From NCBI GenBank assembly GCA_977017575.1, contig CDRNVI010000099.1, forward strand, positions 188,586 to 252,585: a stretch of 64,000 nucleotides of DNA, read 5' to 3'. Below the pieces are notes generated by a model. The model had not been told where the DNA came from, did not search any database, and saw nothing but the letters and a program-made list of their open reading frames with translations. The DNA is from Paramoeba atlantica. Its lineage: Eukaryota > Protista > Discosea. This document shows, one piece after another, positions 32,428 through 44,381 of the stretch. Every line of letters begins with the position of its first letter. Position 1 is the first letter of the stretch. The position numbers and the translations under genes were made by a program.

Positions 32428-35241
32428 TCACAAATTTAGTATTCTTCTCATATACTCGAGAGTGGAAGGAAGAGTTTGACGAATCGAGTTTTGAACGAAC
32501 CTTGTCGTACTAAGTTCCGTGTCAGGCGGTTTTTCGCCCGTCCGGACTCTGCACTCCATATAGGCGTTGTAGAATCGGAAACATCGAGACGCGCTTGCAG
32601 CGTAGTGTGCTAATTCCTTTTTTCCATATGGACCAGACGCTATTGTTCCTCCAGTACTTATACGCCTTCTGGGATCAGTGAAATGATTAAAACGCTCGAT
32701 GGGGGTGACACAAACCGGTGTACTTCCCTGTTCTCGTAGTTCCGTGGATGATGAGTTATCTACGTTCGGTTCGTCCAGGCTAGTAGTAGACTTTCTTTTA
32801 AATCGATCGGGAAGAGAAGATACAGGCTTGATAGTCGTCCTTCCCTGCGCCGAATACAACGTGGAACCAGATATTTCGGGATCTAACGATCCAGAAAGAG
32901 AAGATTCTACGGATGCAATATCCGGTACTTCCGACGAAGTATCACTGAAACAATGATCCTTACAATCTTCCTCACAGGCGTGAGAATCCACCGAACGCGT
33001 TTTCAACACCTCATCCTTTGTGCACGAACCCATTTCCTCCTTGTGGATATCCGTTCCACAACACGTCTTATGGTTTTCTGCCCTTCCCACCTCAGTAGAT
33101 GCCTTCCGCGGCATTTGCCTCCAATACGGCTTCTTTCCGCGACAGCGTCTCATCTCCTCGACCCCGAGCGTGGGCGCTGCACCTTTCCGAGAAGGCCCCC
33201 CTTCCCCACCGAGCTGTGAGCGTTTCGCAAGATCACAGAACCCCTCCAACACCTCCCGAAAGGAGGGCTGATGTGAGCCCCACAACATGGGACGCTGTAC
33301 CTCAAGTTTTCGTGTCAGCACCATCGTAAGCTCCACCTTTCCCTCTTCCCCGCCTTTTTCAGCCCTCCCCGTCTCGGAATCCGCCTCCCCCGGCTCTCCC
33401 CATGCCTCCAACCCCGTGGTCCCCTTTTTTCCATTCTCGCCCTCCCCGGGGTAGTTTCTGGTCGTGCTTTCCCCCTTTTCTTTCCTCTCCTTTTCTTCCT
33501 TCTCTTTTTCTACCTTCTCTTCCTTCTCTTTATCGCCTCCCCCCCCCACCCCCCTGCGTGTCTCCCACATGTAGATCCCCCGCAGGACCACCCCGGTCCC
33601 CAGCACCCCCGTCTCCACCTGCTCCACCGTGTCCGGCCCCCCCGCGGGGAACCGGAACAGCGGGGAGAGCGCGAGACCGGCGGGGGCGTGGGGGAGGAGA
33701 ACGGAGAGGCCGCGGGCGGGGGCCGGGAAGGTGGGGTCGAGGTCGGTGGGGGAGAGCGCGGGGGGGGAGGGGTCAGGGGGGGGGCCTGCACCCCGTAGAG
33801 CTACAGAGGGAAGCTCTGCACCCCGTAGAGCTACAGAGGGAAGCTCTGGACCCTGTGGGGCGTGAGAGGGAAGCTCTGCACCCTGTGGGGCGTGAGAGGG
33901 AAGCTCCCCACGGTGTGGAGCGTGAGAGGGAAGCGCTACACGTTGTGGAGCTATAGAGGGAGAAGAGGAAGAACAACACGTTGTCGTTGTCCCACTTGGA
34001 TGTGTCTCATTTGGACGTACTGCGCTAGGAGGGGGAAGCTCCCCACGTTGTGGAGCGTGAGAGGGGGAAGCGGAAGAAGAAGAACGTGTTGTCGTTGTCC
34101 CCCTTGAACGTGTTCCACTTGGACGTGTCCCATTTGGACGTACGGCTTGAGAGGGGGAAGAGGAAGAGGAACAACGTGTTGTCGTTGTCCCACTTGGATT
34201 TATTCCACTTGGATTTGTCCCATTTGGACGTACTGCACTATGAGGGGGAAGCTCCCCACGTTGTGGAGTTTGAGAGGGAGACCTAATTTGGGGAGTTGAA
34301 GGGTGAAGCTCTCCATCTTGTGGAGCTATAGAGGGAGAAGAGGAAGAAGAACGTGTTGTCGTTGTCCCACTTGGATGTGTTCCACTCGGACTTGTTCCAC
34401 TTGAGCTTATTCCACTCGGACTCGTTCCACCTGAACGTGTCGCACTTGGACGTGTCTCACTTGGGGAGAGGGAGAGATTCGTTGGGGGATGGAGTGGAGC
34501 GTTGGGTGTTTGGGCTGAGCCACGTGTTGTTGGTCCGCTTCTTGTGGGGGGAGAGGGGGAGAAGGGGTTGGTGGGGTCGGTTGTTAGACCCACATTGTGT
34601 GGTGGGGTTGTGGAACAACTTGTTGCTGAAGGAGAGGGTGGGAAGGGGGTGGGGTGATCTGCAATCCCCCTGTACACTCCACGAAAGGTGGGTTCAATGA
34701 TGTGGGGTTGTTGGAGGGTAGAACAACCTGTGGGCTGTTGGGTCAAAGAAGCACCTGTTGGGGAGTAGGACCCGTTGGAGGGTGTGGGGTACTTTTTTCT
34801 GTGTCGTTGTCTCCGGTGGGGTGAAACTTTGGTAGTAAAAGAGGGCCCTGATTTGGGACGATGGGGGGTTATACCCGGTAAAGTCCAAGCAGGGGAGAGA
34901 CCCGGTTTGCGGGCGGAGAAATGGGTTCTTGCGTTCTCTTCCTGTTGTTTTATTTTGTTTAATACATGCTCGGGGTTCAAAATTTCGATTGCAAACCCGC
35001 CATAAAAATCGAGTCGCAGTTTGGTTCGGGTGCGAGGCTCTCCAAGGAAGAAAGCAGACGCCACCGACAGTGTGGGATGGGACATATTAGGCAAGAACTT
35101 ATAGGAAGCGCATAAAAGGTTGCTCGATTGAGAGCTTGATTTTTCCCAACCGGGGACGTATGAACGGAGCTGTTCTTCAAAGTGGGCAAACAATTTCGGA
35201 GAAATCGCTTTGCGTCCAGATCCCTTGGTTAGGGCTGCCAT
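32428..35241 (-). CDS. Long hypothetical protein with Pro/Ser/Thr-rich tandem repeats
   Basis: Open frame of more than 900 codons. The ATG at 35241 is immediately preceded by ttttctccctttctacAG, a trans-splice acceptor-like motif. No family recognised. Confidence 0.65.
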   Translation of the reverse strand: MAALTKGSGRKAISPKLFAHFEEQLRSYVPGWEKSSSQSSNLLCASYKFLPNMSHPTLSVASAFFLGEPRTRTKLRLDFYGGFAIEILNPEHVLNKIKQQEENARTHFSARKPGLSPAWTLPGITPHRPKSGPSFTTKVSPHRRQRHRKKYPTPSNGSYSPTGASLTQQPTGCSTLQQPHIIEPTFRGVYRGIADHPTPFPPSPSATSCSTTPPHNVGLTTDPTNPFSPSPPTRSGPTTRGSAQTPNAPLHPPTNLSLSPSETRPSATRSGGTSPSGISSSGTSPSGTHPSGTTTTRSSSSSPSIAPQDGELHPSTPQIRSPSQTPQRGELPPHSAVRPNGTNPSGINPSGTTTTRCSSSSSPSQAVRPNGTRPSGTRSRGTTTTRSSSSASPSHAPQRGELPPPSAVRPNETHPSGTTTTCCSSSSPSIAPQRVALPSHAPHRGELPSHAPQGAELPSHAPQGPELPSVALRGAELPSVALRGAGPPPDPSPPALSPTDLDPTFPAPARGLSVLLPHAPAGLALSPLFRFPAGGPDTVEQVETGVLGTGVVLRGIYMWETRRGVGGGGDKEKEEKVEKEKEEKERKEKGESTTRNYPGEGENGKKGTTGLEAWGEPGEADSETGRAEKGGEEGKVELTMVLTRKLEVQRPMLWGSHQPSFREVLEGFCDLAKRSQLGGEGGPSRKGAAPTLGVEEMRRCRGKKPYWRQMPRKASTEVGRAENHKTCCGTDIHKEEMGSCTKDEVLKTRSVDSHACEEDCKDHCFSDTSSEVPDIASVESSLSGSLDPEISGSTLYSAQGRTTIKPVSSLPDRFKRKSTTSLDEPNVDNSSSTELREQGSTPVCVTPIERFNHFTDPRRRISTGGTIASGPYGKKELAHYAASASRCFRFYNAYMECRVRTGEKPPDTELSTTRFVQNSIRQTLPSTLEYMRRILNL
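33790..34450 (-). repeat. Nested in-frame coding repeats (30-bp and longer units)
   Basis: Encodes ELPSHAPQG-like and GTxPSGTTTTRSSSS-like repeats. Confidence 0.85.
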
Positions 35242-36310
35242 CTGTAGAAAGGGAGAAAATTGCGCCCCGGGTCGTAAATACGAAAGATAAATACGATACC
35301 CGCGGAGCACAGGAGAACTTGATGAAAACAAGTATCGCTGCCTTATTATAGAGCGCCGCACTAAACAGTCGTAACACTTTGAATATATGGTGTAGGTGAA
35401 CGGTGAACCATCACTACTGGGTAGACCTCCAGATCTTCGTTGGGTACGGAGAGTGTGTCGCTTCGTTGTATGAAGAACTAGGGAAGATTTCTTTGAAGAA
35501 ACAAGCTGCGGCGGCACACTTCTTACTCCACGAAGGTATACCATCGATTTTTCTAAGAATGAGATAAATTTCCTGGAGTGGTACTGAAAAGTGATCCAAT
35601 AAGAGTCTTCTATGCAACTAGGAATAGGTACAGGTTTAGACTACAGCCAAAAAAAGAAGAAGAAACCACCGCGTTGGACAATCTACCTCCCGGTACAAAA
35701 ACTAGCTACACGTGCAATACATACAGTGGTTTCAATTGAAATTCCCCCCGCGGAAATTTGAGTTTTTTATCCGTTTTTTTCACCTTTTTTTCACATGCAC
35801 CCCCTGGTGCTCATATGGTGACTCGAAAATCAGCCAAAACAAGATTTTTGGAAAATACGAACCTTGGAAAAAAGCAGTAAAATGGAGCAAAAATTAAAAT
35901 TTAGAAGTTGTATACTAGAACCCAAAGTGTCCTCTACTATTTATAGTGCTTTTCCGTCACACACACCCTACCGGTAGGGGGGGCGCCCTAGGGGGACGCG
36001 CTAGGGGGGGGGCGCACTTCTGGAGGCAAAAGCCCCTGTCTGCGAGCAAGGCCCAACTGTGAGCGAAGCCCACTTCTGGAGGCAAAAGCCCCCGTCTGCG
36101 AGCAAGGCCCAACTGTGAGCGTAGCCCTGGGATATAATTGTATTTTTTGGCGATCCGCGCGCTCCAGCGCGCGGGTCGCGCACTGAGAACCTATGTCTGC
36201 CACTTCCGCAGGATTCTGGTTGGTTGGTCGGTTTCCTCAGGATTCTGGACTATTCTTTAATATTGATGTGTAGAAAACACGACATTTTTCTTTTGCGGAT
36301 CCTACTTTGA

Positions 36311-37490
36311 GTGAACAACAACTGTGATACTGGCAATACTTCGGAAGCATTTTTGCGCCGCTTCATGGCTTTCTTGGAAACACAAGTTTCTCACAGCAAT
36401 AGTAGCGTTGAAAATCGTGAAGGTGACCCTTCTTGGACTGAGGGTACAATTCCTCCCTTCGAAGCACACAGAGTGTGTCGGGGGTGCGAGGGCTTCGCGT
36501 GCGTTCGGGTATGGCGCAACATGCGATACATTCCTCAGGGGGAAGCGGCCGAGGTGTGGATAAAGAATCATGGACTCTTGTCGGAACCGCAATGTAAACG
36601 TCACGGAGGGAGTTCATGGTGGGGATCAAGGGGAGCCTTCAGTTTTTTGAGTGCTCATCGGGGGGAGGGGGACATCAATGCGTGTAGGTCAAGGGTTTTT
36701 CAGTACGCACCTTACTTGAGCAGCCGAACTAGCGTCACTGTTACTACTCTTCTTCTAATCTGGGCGGACATGGCAAATAATTTGACGACTGGACAAATCG
36801 CCCGTAACCGTGGAGTGCGTCAGAGGGCAGTAACTAATCTCTTGCACATGGTTTCGAGCGCCGCTTATTGACTAAGAGAATGTAGACTTTTATTTTTGGA
36901 AGTTGCAAGTCGATGAAACTTTCATTGGGAAAAGAAAGTATCACCGCGGAATATAGAAACGTTGGGTGGTCGTTTGTCACCGTCACGGAGATTTATGACC
37001 GGAAAATGGGGAGAACGCACTGGAAGCTGGTCAAGCGAAGGGACCAGAACACGCTTCTCAGTTTTAACACTCCCCATTTCACGAGTGCATGTTCGTGGTG
37101 ACTGACGAGTGGCGGGGGTAGTTAACTTGGGGGAGTACTGCCGCCATTTTACTGTAAATCACAGTAAAGAATTCGTGACTCTAAAAGGGCACCATACAAA
37201 CCATGCGGGGCTGCGCACCGGATAATCAAACATTGGATAAAGCAACAACACTACAATTATGGTATGTCTTCAATGGATCTGCGCCGCAATGCGGACTTGC
37301 AATGCGTAAAGTACGGGTATGGGAAAACAGAGCGCAAAGAAGCATGGAAGGTGCGTTTTATTAATATACTTGAGTGCATCCTCGATTTCTACGGATGCGA
37401 GGATATTGAAATCATGAATGATCTCAGCGATAGTTTCTGCAGCTTTTCTGAAGCTAGCCAAGAAACTCTTTCCAGTGAGGAAGAGTAAAA
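36311..37490 (+). pseudogene. Decayed transposase of a more divergent Merlin lineage
   Basis: QVDETFIGKRKYHRG, VVTDEWRG and FTVNHSKEFV...HHTNH occur across frameshifts and stops. TIRs were not identified. Confidence 0.8.
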
Positions 37491-37844
37491 AAAATTGCGT
37501 GTTATACCTGGTCTATTCTTTTTCCTCTTTAACTACTTTTATACATGTTTATATAGATCCGTTTGTGCATAGTGTTTTGTACATTATAGGTCAGGGACAT
37601 TGCTAGATATATACTTTCGTGATCTCACAATGTTGGGGCTTAGCGACCCCCACAGTTCCGAGCTACGTCCACAGCAACGTTTTTTTATACTTTCGTCGAA
37701 CTGAGTTTTTCTGTGGTTCTACTCGGTATCGTGTAAAGCCTTGGGGTACATCTTCTCCAGGTATAGACCAGGTATGTATTATTCTACGCGCGCTATATTA
37801 TATATAAACGCGCGCTATATTATATATAATATTATATATAAAAT

Positions 37845-38245
37845 TTATATATTTTTATATTTACGTCAAATAAAGTTGGTTTCGACAACGTTGTATCAAA
37901 GACTTATCCCGTTACTGTACATTACCGTACACCAACTTGAATACAGAACTACTTGCATGATGCTGCTCACCCTCGCGGATCACGTAGCTCATCGTCGCGA
38001 GAGCAGCCTCCTTTTACTACATACGTTGTCATCCGATCCCACTGCACGAGCTCCTCACAGAATTCGGGGTGCCGTAATCCCGCAGGAATACGACTTAGCG
38101 CGTTTGGTAGAAAATATGGAAGGCCTGCACCCTACGTGGCGTACCAATGTCACAGCGTGTGCATGGAAAGGTGTGTCATGCAATCTTGCGGGTGACGTGA
38201 CGAAAATACACTGGGGAAGCGCCATGGAAATTTACGGCGGCATTC
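37845..38245 (+). repeat. Near-identical inverted copy of the 5' LRR fragment at 48381-48782
   Basis: About 400 bp with only 2 differences seen by eye. Encodes PQEYDLARL...HPTW...ACAWKGVSC. Confidence 0.9.
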
Positions 38246-39799
38246 AAATATTTACACCCCTGTATATATTCAAATAATTTTATGAATGCAAGTTACCAAA
38301 ACAAGTGTTATCCCTTAAATAATAAAACTTCGTTTTTCCCAAAAAATCTTGCACCTATATTTTCTAATAATACATGTATACGACATATCTAATACCATGT
38401 TTCATCCATGCGTTTCACATTCATTCACAGGAATCTCCAAACGGGTTAAACAACAACAACTGAAATCTACATGAGATCGACTTGCCGAAAAAGAGTTTCT
38501 AGTACCACGCGCTACCTTTGTTGCTCCGTTGAGACAATTTAAAATGTTGAAAATATCGAACGCTCGCCCGAAAAAAAATTAAAATCCCGTTCGTTGAATA
38601 TTCAACGAAGTAGAGACGTACCCCAAAACAGTGCCCACAGTATTTCTTGATTCCTATGTTTCTCTATGCGTTCTCAACGTAGTAGTATGCTACTGCTCCT
38701 AGATCCACCCCTCCGAATATTCCTAGAAAATGTTAGCCACGAGCTCCACTTATTCTTCCCGGAAACGTCACTGTATCACCTGATCAACGAGGTAATACCT
38801 ATGCAGGGTAAGATTCTTTACACACTATCGCAAGATCATACAATTTTACAGAATCCCATGCACGATCCCAAATGCAAAGCATTTAATGAGATAAAACGGC
38901 AGAAATTCTTATTCTAACATTGAGTTCCATAATGTGTCCTCACTTTACGTCCCTTGAAGAGTTCTCGGTGGTGAGATTATGGTGCCCGCACTTTTCTGAG
39001 GTTGCTCAGCCCCACTTAAAAAGAAACTCAGACCGACGTAGAGTTTTCTCTGTACAGGATATACCTGGATATACCTGCTACCATCCCACAGCCCTAGTCG
39101 ATGAAACCGGATATCTTATCTTATCCTGAATAAGTGACCAACTGGCTACGCCTGAAAAAGTGGCTGGAAACTCCCTTGAAAAAGGGCCAGCTGACCAACC
39201 TGAATTCATAAACAATAACTCTTTGGAAGTTTGGGGAATACGTTTCAGATCGCTGACCTCGAGAAGCTATTGGAGACTGTGCAGCTAACCGGTGCCATCT
39301 CGTGCCGTCTTGTGCCAATTCATGCCCACTCATGCCAACCAGAACTTGGAATAATGAGAGATTGTTTAGGGATACAGAAATCACATGCATTTTTTCATAC
39401 CCTGGACCTCCCTCCATTTCCCTCCACGGAATATCCATAACAATATAGTAATAACTTAATAATATGAGGGATGAAACTAGAGATTTTTCCTTCATGCAGT
39501 ATTGCTCGAGCGCCCCCTCGTCGGTGCTATCATCTTCTCTTCGGCTAAAAACATGTTTAATGCGTGAATGTAGGGCATCAAGTCGAACACCACAAACGTC
39601 AAGTTCAGAAACGGCTTTTGACAAAGTTCGAGAATGTTAGTTAGTTTTAAGGCTCTCCATATTTTTAAGTACTTTTTGATTGTATTATTTATGAAATTAC
39701 ACATATTATTGTAATAGCGTATTATAAATAACGTCTGTTTTTTGGTTAAAGACTTCCCAAATAGCTTCACAACTTCGAACTTAACATCACTTACGGAAA

Positions 39800-40639
39800 T
39801 TAAACTAAAGTAATACTTTCCACATGAACTTTCGCCTTTTTATCCTCTTCATTCTTCTTAGCCTTCACACTATTCTCCACAGTGACGTGAAGAACCGGTG
39901 GGCCTCTTTTCCGTTTATCATGAAGAATGACGGCTCCGAGCTGAAGAAGCTTTGTCGCCGCAACTTCTGGAACATCTTCTTCCCACCAGGTTGATTCGAC
40001 GTACTCCTTGGCCTTTTCCACATAGGTCAAGCGTACCCGGAACTTCTCTTCATGCACGGACAGCTTCTCGATGATTCTAGACTTTAGATCGGACCGAATC
40101 GTCACACGCCTTCGATTCAAATCTCCGACAAAGCTATTCCAAATGTTTTTTAATACTGTCGCCATGTCACGTTCGTCTTTAGAACTCACAGACAATCGGA
40201 ACTTTTTGGCGTAGTTAATGCCTGCCCGCAAAAACTTAGTTCCGTCATCAGCCCAGTCAGTGCTGGCTTTGCTCGCAATCAGGGCATACGCCACATGCGA
40301 AAAAGTAAATCGCAACCCCAAAACAGTCTTCCGAAAGAATTGGCTGGCTGTGCGCTTTACTGATTCAAGGTCCAGATCGGATGAAGATAATTCCTGAAGG
40401 AGGGGAGGAGAAAAAGATTCAACGACTTGTGATTGTCCACAAGTCGCACAAACATCAGAACCGTTGAATACCCCATACTGCAAGCATTGCACACATACAT
40501 CTCTGTGCTGCTCGGAATCGACACACCATTTGCAATAAACACAAAATGATGATCGACCTTCGGTGGGAAGAGTGAACGGTGTCATTTTCTGACATTTTCC
40601 TTCGCACATCTGGCGATAGATTGATGCTTGGAATGACAT
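39800..40639 (-). CDS. Hypothetical protein with Cys-rich (Zn-binding-like) N-terminus
   Basis: 279-aa ATG ORF containing CEGKC, CVYCKWC, CVQC and CATC. Lies between decamer repeat tracts. Confidence 0.5.
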   Translation of the reverse strand: MSFQASIYRQMCEGKCQKMTPFTLPTEGRSSFCVYCKWCVDSEQHRDVCVQCLQYGVFNGSDVCATCGQSQVVESFSPPLLQELSSSDLDLESVKRTASQFFRKTVLGLRFTFSHVAYALIASKASTDWADDGTKFLRAGINYAKKFRLSVSSKDERDMATVLKNIWNSFVGDLNRRRVTIRSDLKSRIIEKLSVHEEKFRVRLTYVEKAKEYVESTWWEEDVPEVAATKLLQLGAVILHDKRKRGPPVLHVTVENSVKAKKNEEDKKAKVHVESITLV

Positions 40640-40777
40640 AAGTGATGTGGTGCAAAGAATAAAAAAACTTGAATACCGAACTCTTTAGATGACTTTTAAC
40701 GAATATACATTTGTAACTAAACTTTGTAGAACGCACCGAAAAAAGATTTAAATTGGCTGATAAAACAAAAATATGGC

Positions 40778-40848
40778 TACTCATGCCAACTCATGCCAAT
40801 TCATGCCAACTTGTGCCAATTCATGCCAACTCATGCCAACCAAGACTT
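40778..40848. repeat. (ctcatgccaa)n decamer tract; second, degenerate tract at about 39295-39348
   Basis: About 6 units. Both tracts end in catgccaacca-g-acttg. Confidence 0.85.
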
Positions 40849-40859
40849 GCACAGTCTCC

Positions 40860-42650
40860 ATTGAAAGCGTTCTCGAGGTCAGCCGCCACAATGACCTCCT
40901 GCGGCCTATCCCGGAAGTGTTGGTGAACACCGTCAATGATGTGTTCGCATCCTTGGGCGCATTGGGCGCTGAATTGGAGCCCTTGGAAGAAAGTGGACAG
41001 ATGTTTCCCCACCTTTTCGAGCGCGAGGAGTCCTGCCATCTGCAGAATACATTCTCCCATGGCGATTGGCCGACAGGATGAGTAGTGTCCAGCCGGGGAG
41101 CCGGTTTACTAAAGAGCGTGAGGGACGCCTCCGTTAGTAGGTCTCTCTTTGAGGGAGGGAGGGAGTTTGTTGTGATCCCGTGAATGATCCACGTGACACA
41201 GTCACGGGGACCATCCTCCATGAGAGCTGGGAGCAAAAGTTCCTTGGTCCTGGGGCTCGAAGTGGTGCCAGGCACTGGGCCTTCCTGGCGACGTCTGCCG
41301 GGGAGGGTAAGGGACCGTGCCAGTCCTTGTCGAAGTGATACTTGCCCGTAGTTTAAGGGCCTCCGGAAGGGTGTAGTCTCTTTGCCAGTTCCAGGGCTGC
41401 CGTTGGGTTTGTCGGGGGCTGGAGCGGGGACTCGAGGATTGTAGCGGGCCTCAAGAAGGCTTTCGCCTTTATCAACTCCGTCGCTCTCTTTAGAGCCGAC
41501 ATGGGGGAATTATTGGCTTGGCTGGAAGTCGGTGCCGTGGATTGTAGCGGCCCTCGAGAAGGCTTTCGCCTTTATCCACTCCGTCGCTCTCTTTAGAGCC
41601 GACATGGGAGAATTATTGGCTTGGCTGAGAGTCGGTGCCGTGGTATCCGAGCCCTCAAGGTAGGCTCGCATGCGTAGTTCATGAACCAACTGCCTTTGAG
41701 ATAGTTTTTCCTCCGGGAAGAAGAGAAAACGTTTTACTGCTAGGAGAAGATTCCAGGTTGTCTCTATTTAACTTTCGGTTGACATGAGGAAGTCCTGACA
41801 AATGCTTACCACGTGCTCCCTCCAAGCGGGGCATTGTACGGCGTATAATTTGCGCAGTGACCCCCTCCCCAGGAGCTCCGCGAGGTGTTCGGGCGAGGGG
41901 GCTAATCCCCGCTCCGCGGTTTGTGCGCTCTGTGTGTGCGGGGTCAAACTCTGAAGGTGTCCTGTGTGAAGGGCCGTCTCTCCGTCCTTGGTCGATGTAG
42001 TTGCAGTGGACCAGTTCCGCCCAGCCCGAGTCGGCAATCAGTTCTTCAGTTGGGAGGAAAGACCAGTACACCGTGTGGTCCTCAGCAACGAAGGGCGCCC
42101 ACAGGAGGCAAGTTCTTGTGATATTCTCAGCGAATAACACAGGAAGAAGGGAATGCTGTTTTCTTCCATCGTGCCCTGTTTTTTTATGCAGGCCCCGTTG
42201 CGACTGCCGTCATATACCATAACGTGTGCTCCTTAAGATGAGCCTACGTGGGGAACCGACAAAGAGGCCCAATAGCAATCCGCCGCTTCGAGATCAGAGT
42301 CGGATTCCAGAAATCTACCCCCCGACCCGCTGGATATGCTTACGCAGTTACTCGGGATACCTAAGGCTGCGCCAATATCCTGCACCAACCCCTGAAAGGT
42401 TTCTTGTATGGGCAAGCAAATTCGTCCCTCCGCATTGGGGCCCAGGTGAACAACTTCAACTTGGTGGTGCAGAAGGGAGGAACACTCCATCATGTAGCCA
42501 AAGGAACGTTACAGACTTGGTTGAATGTTATGATTTCCTTCCAAACAGTGGGAAAGTTATTTGAAAGAGACGATTGCTCTCTCGTTATTTCCCTTCGACT
42601 ATGGCTCGCGTTGCAAAATCAATGTAAAGTCAAAAAATCAAAGAAAAGTC
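40860..42650 (-). mobile_element. 5'/RT portion of a CRE-like non-LTR retrotransposon, truncated
   Basis: LLTEASLTLFSKP, RPIAMGE, QF...QGCEHII and VIVAADLENAFN. A ~102-bp tandem duplication lies at about 41440-41645. The upstream limit is approximate. Confidence 0.65.
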
Positions 42651-43087
42651 AAAACTGCGCATGCCTTAGCCAATAAAGAAAGAAACAAGTCACTAGGGGA
42701 GCTGGACTATACAAGGACACACTAACAGAAGGAGCAACTAAAGGGAGGCACGTGTATCATTCGCAACTTTACACATCAAGAAAGACAAATAATATGATAC
42801 CCCCCAATGTTTCCGAAAACCATCCCCTAAAACAATATGGTATGTTGTATTAAACCGGGAGGCAGATCAGTATCTTAATTGGATAACTATCCTAGTTAGC
42901 TTAACACCCTGTTTGGTTGATTATCTTAGTCCCTTTTTCTTTGCGCATAATGTCTTGAAAATGTTTGTACAAGTCAAAGAGCTGCCCCAAGAAATCGAAA
43001 TACTTAAGCTTCATAAACGATTTTTCTGAAGTGGTGAGTTGTAGTAGCATTCAATGAAAAAACAACCACGTCAGAAACATGATTTTT

Positions 43088-43879
43088 CTATAAATCAAGA
43101 TTAATTTTCGTATTCATCCAGATTTCCTCTATGTGATCAACTGTTCCTATGGGGAGCTTCGAAGCCCTTACCGTTCCATGTAGATTACTATTATTTCTTA
43201 GTGACACGCGCTTCATCCCAGAGGGCAAACTATGCATGCTCACCTTCCCTTCAAAAAGATTGTGATTTAGATAGAGCTCTTGTAGATTCGCAGGGAGACC
43301 GCCCAAACCAAGAGACCCCGAAAACCGATTGTGCTCGAGACGCAGTACCTCTAGATTCGTAGGTAACTCTGATAGGCAAATGCAACCGTGGAAACGATTT
43401 CTACTTAGGTCTACGAGCTTTACACTCGGAGGAAGTGATAGGAGATCGACTTTACCGGTAAACACGTTACTCATAACGCGCCAAATTTCTATTCTAGGCA
43501 ACGAAGGAAAACTCGAGAGTGGCATTTTACCGTAAATTTCGTTTCTTTCTATGTTAAACGTCTCCAAAGAAGTCGGAAGATATTCAAAATTTAGCTCGCC
43601 ACGAAGTTGACGGAGCGACCAATCGATCTCAGTGACGGTCCCGGACTCATCGCAGTGCACAGCGTCCCAGTCGCATGCCCGTGTTTCAGTGGACCATGTG
43701 GCATGTGGGTTTGTTAAATTCTGTATTAGGCGATCAAGATTAACCTCTTCAGGAAGCATCAACCGACTCACCTTGCCTTTCCGAATGTGTGGTATGCCTG
43801 ACGGTTCACTGCACAAGGATCCGTGCTGGGTTATGACTGGGTCGGTGTCCGCTGAGGTGATACGCACCAGGATTTGCAT
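43088..43879 (-). CDS. Leucine-rich repeat protein
   Basis: Intact 263-aa ORF with GKVSRLMLPEE, HATWSTETRACDWDAVHC cap and LRR repeats. Confidence 0.88.
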   Translation of the reverse strand: MQILVRITSADTDPVITQHGSLCSEPSGIPHIRKGKVSRLMLPEEVNLDRLIQNLTNPHATWSTETRACDWDAVHCDESGTVTEIDWSLRQLRGELNFEYLPTSLETFNIERNEIYGKMPLSSFPSLPRIEIWRVMSNVFTGKVDLLSLPPSVKLVDLSRNRFHGCICLSELPTNLEVLRLEHNRFSGSLGLGGLPANLQELYLNHNLFEGKVSMHSLPSGMKRVSLRNNSNLHGTVRASKLPIGTVDHIEEIWMNTKINLDL

Positions 43880-44381
43880 TAATGTAATTCAATATTATCA
43901 TAATGCGTGGTAACGATAATCAAGTTATGAACCCCATAAGGGGTAGTTGTCCCCCCGTTCCAGGTAAAATACATGAACTATGAAATACCATACACACATG
44001 TATGCCACATGCGTCAATACGATTTCTTCCCGTTTCAGTGTAGCCGATGCTTCGGTCCTTATCCCTTCATTCCTCGGCAACACAAACTTCACGTTCCGAA
44101 CTTCACGTCTCCAAAGAAGACACAAGCAATCGTCCGGGAGTGCCTTGCGGCACATCCTTTTAATAGGGGCCAAGTACCGCTACGCGTAGTCTCGAAGGTT
44201 TTGCAATCACAAAAATGGCCTGTGTTTGCGTTTAGAGTGGCAGAGTGACGCCATCAGATTTTTGCGTAAGTTTACGGAAAGGTTTCCCAGGCACCCGCAT
44301 GCCGCGCTAGCGAACAATATTTTTTTTATCATGCGCGTACACAGGTTTAAGCGCTGATACAACAAAAACATCTTACGCTTT

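Noticed and set aside
38640-39130. Possible protein kinase remnant on the minus strand (LHLG.VHG, VKLYDL)
   Set aside because: The motifs are too short, lie in different frames and have many stops, so they are not supportable.
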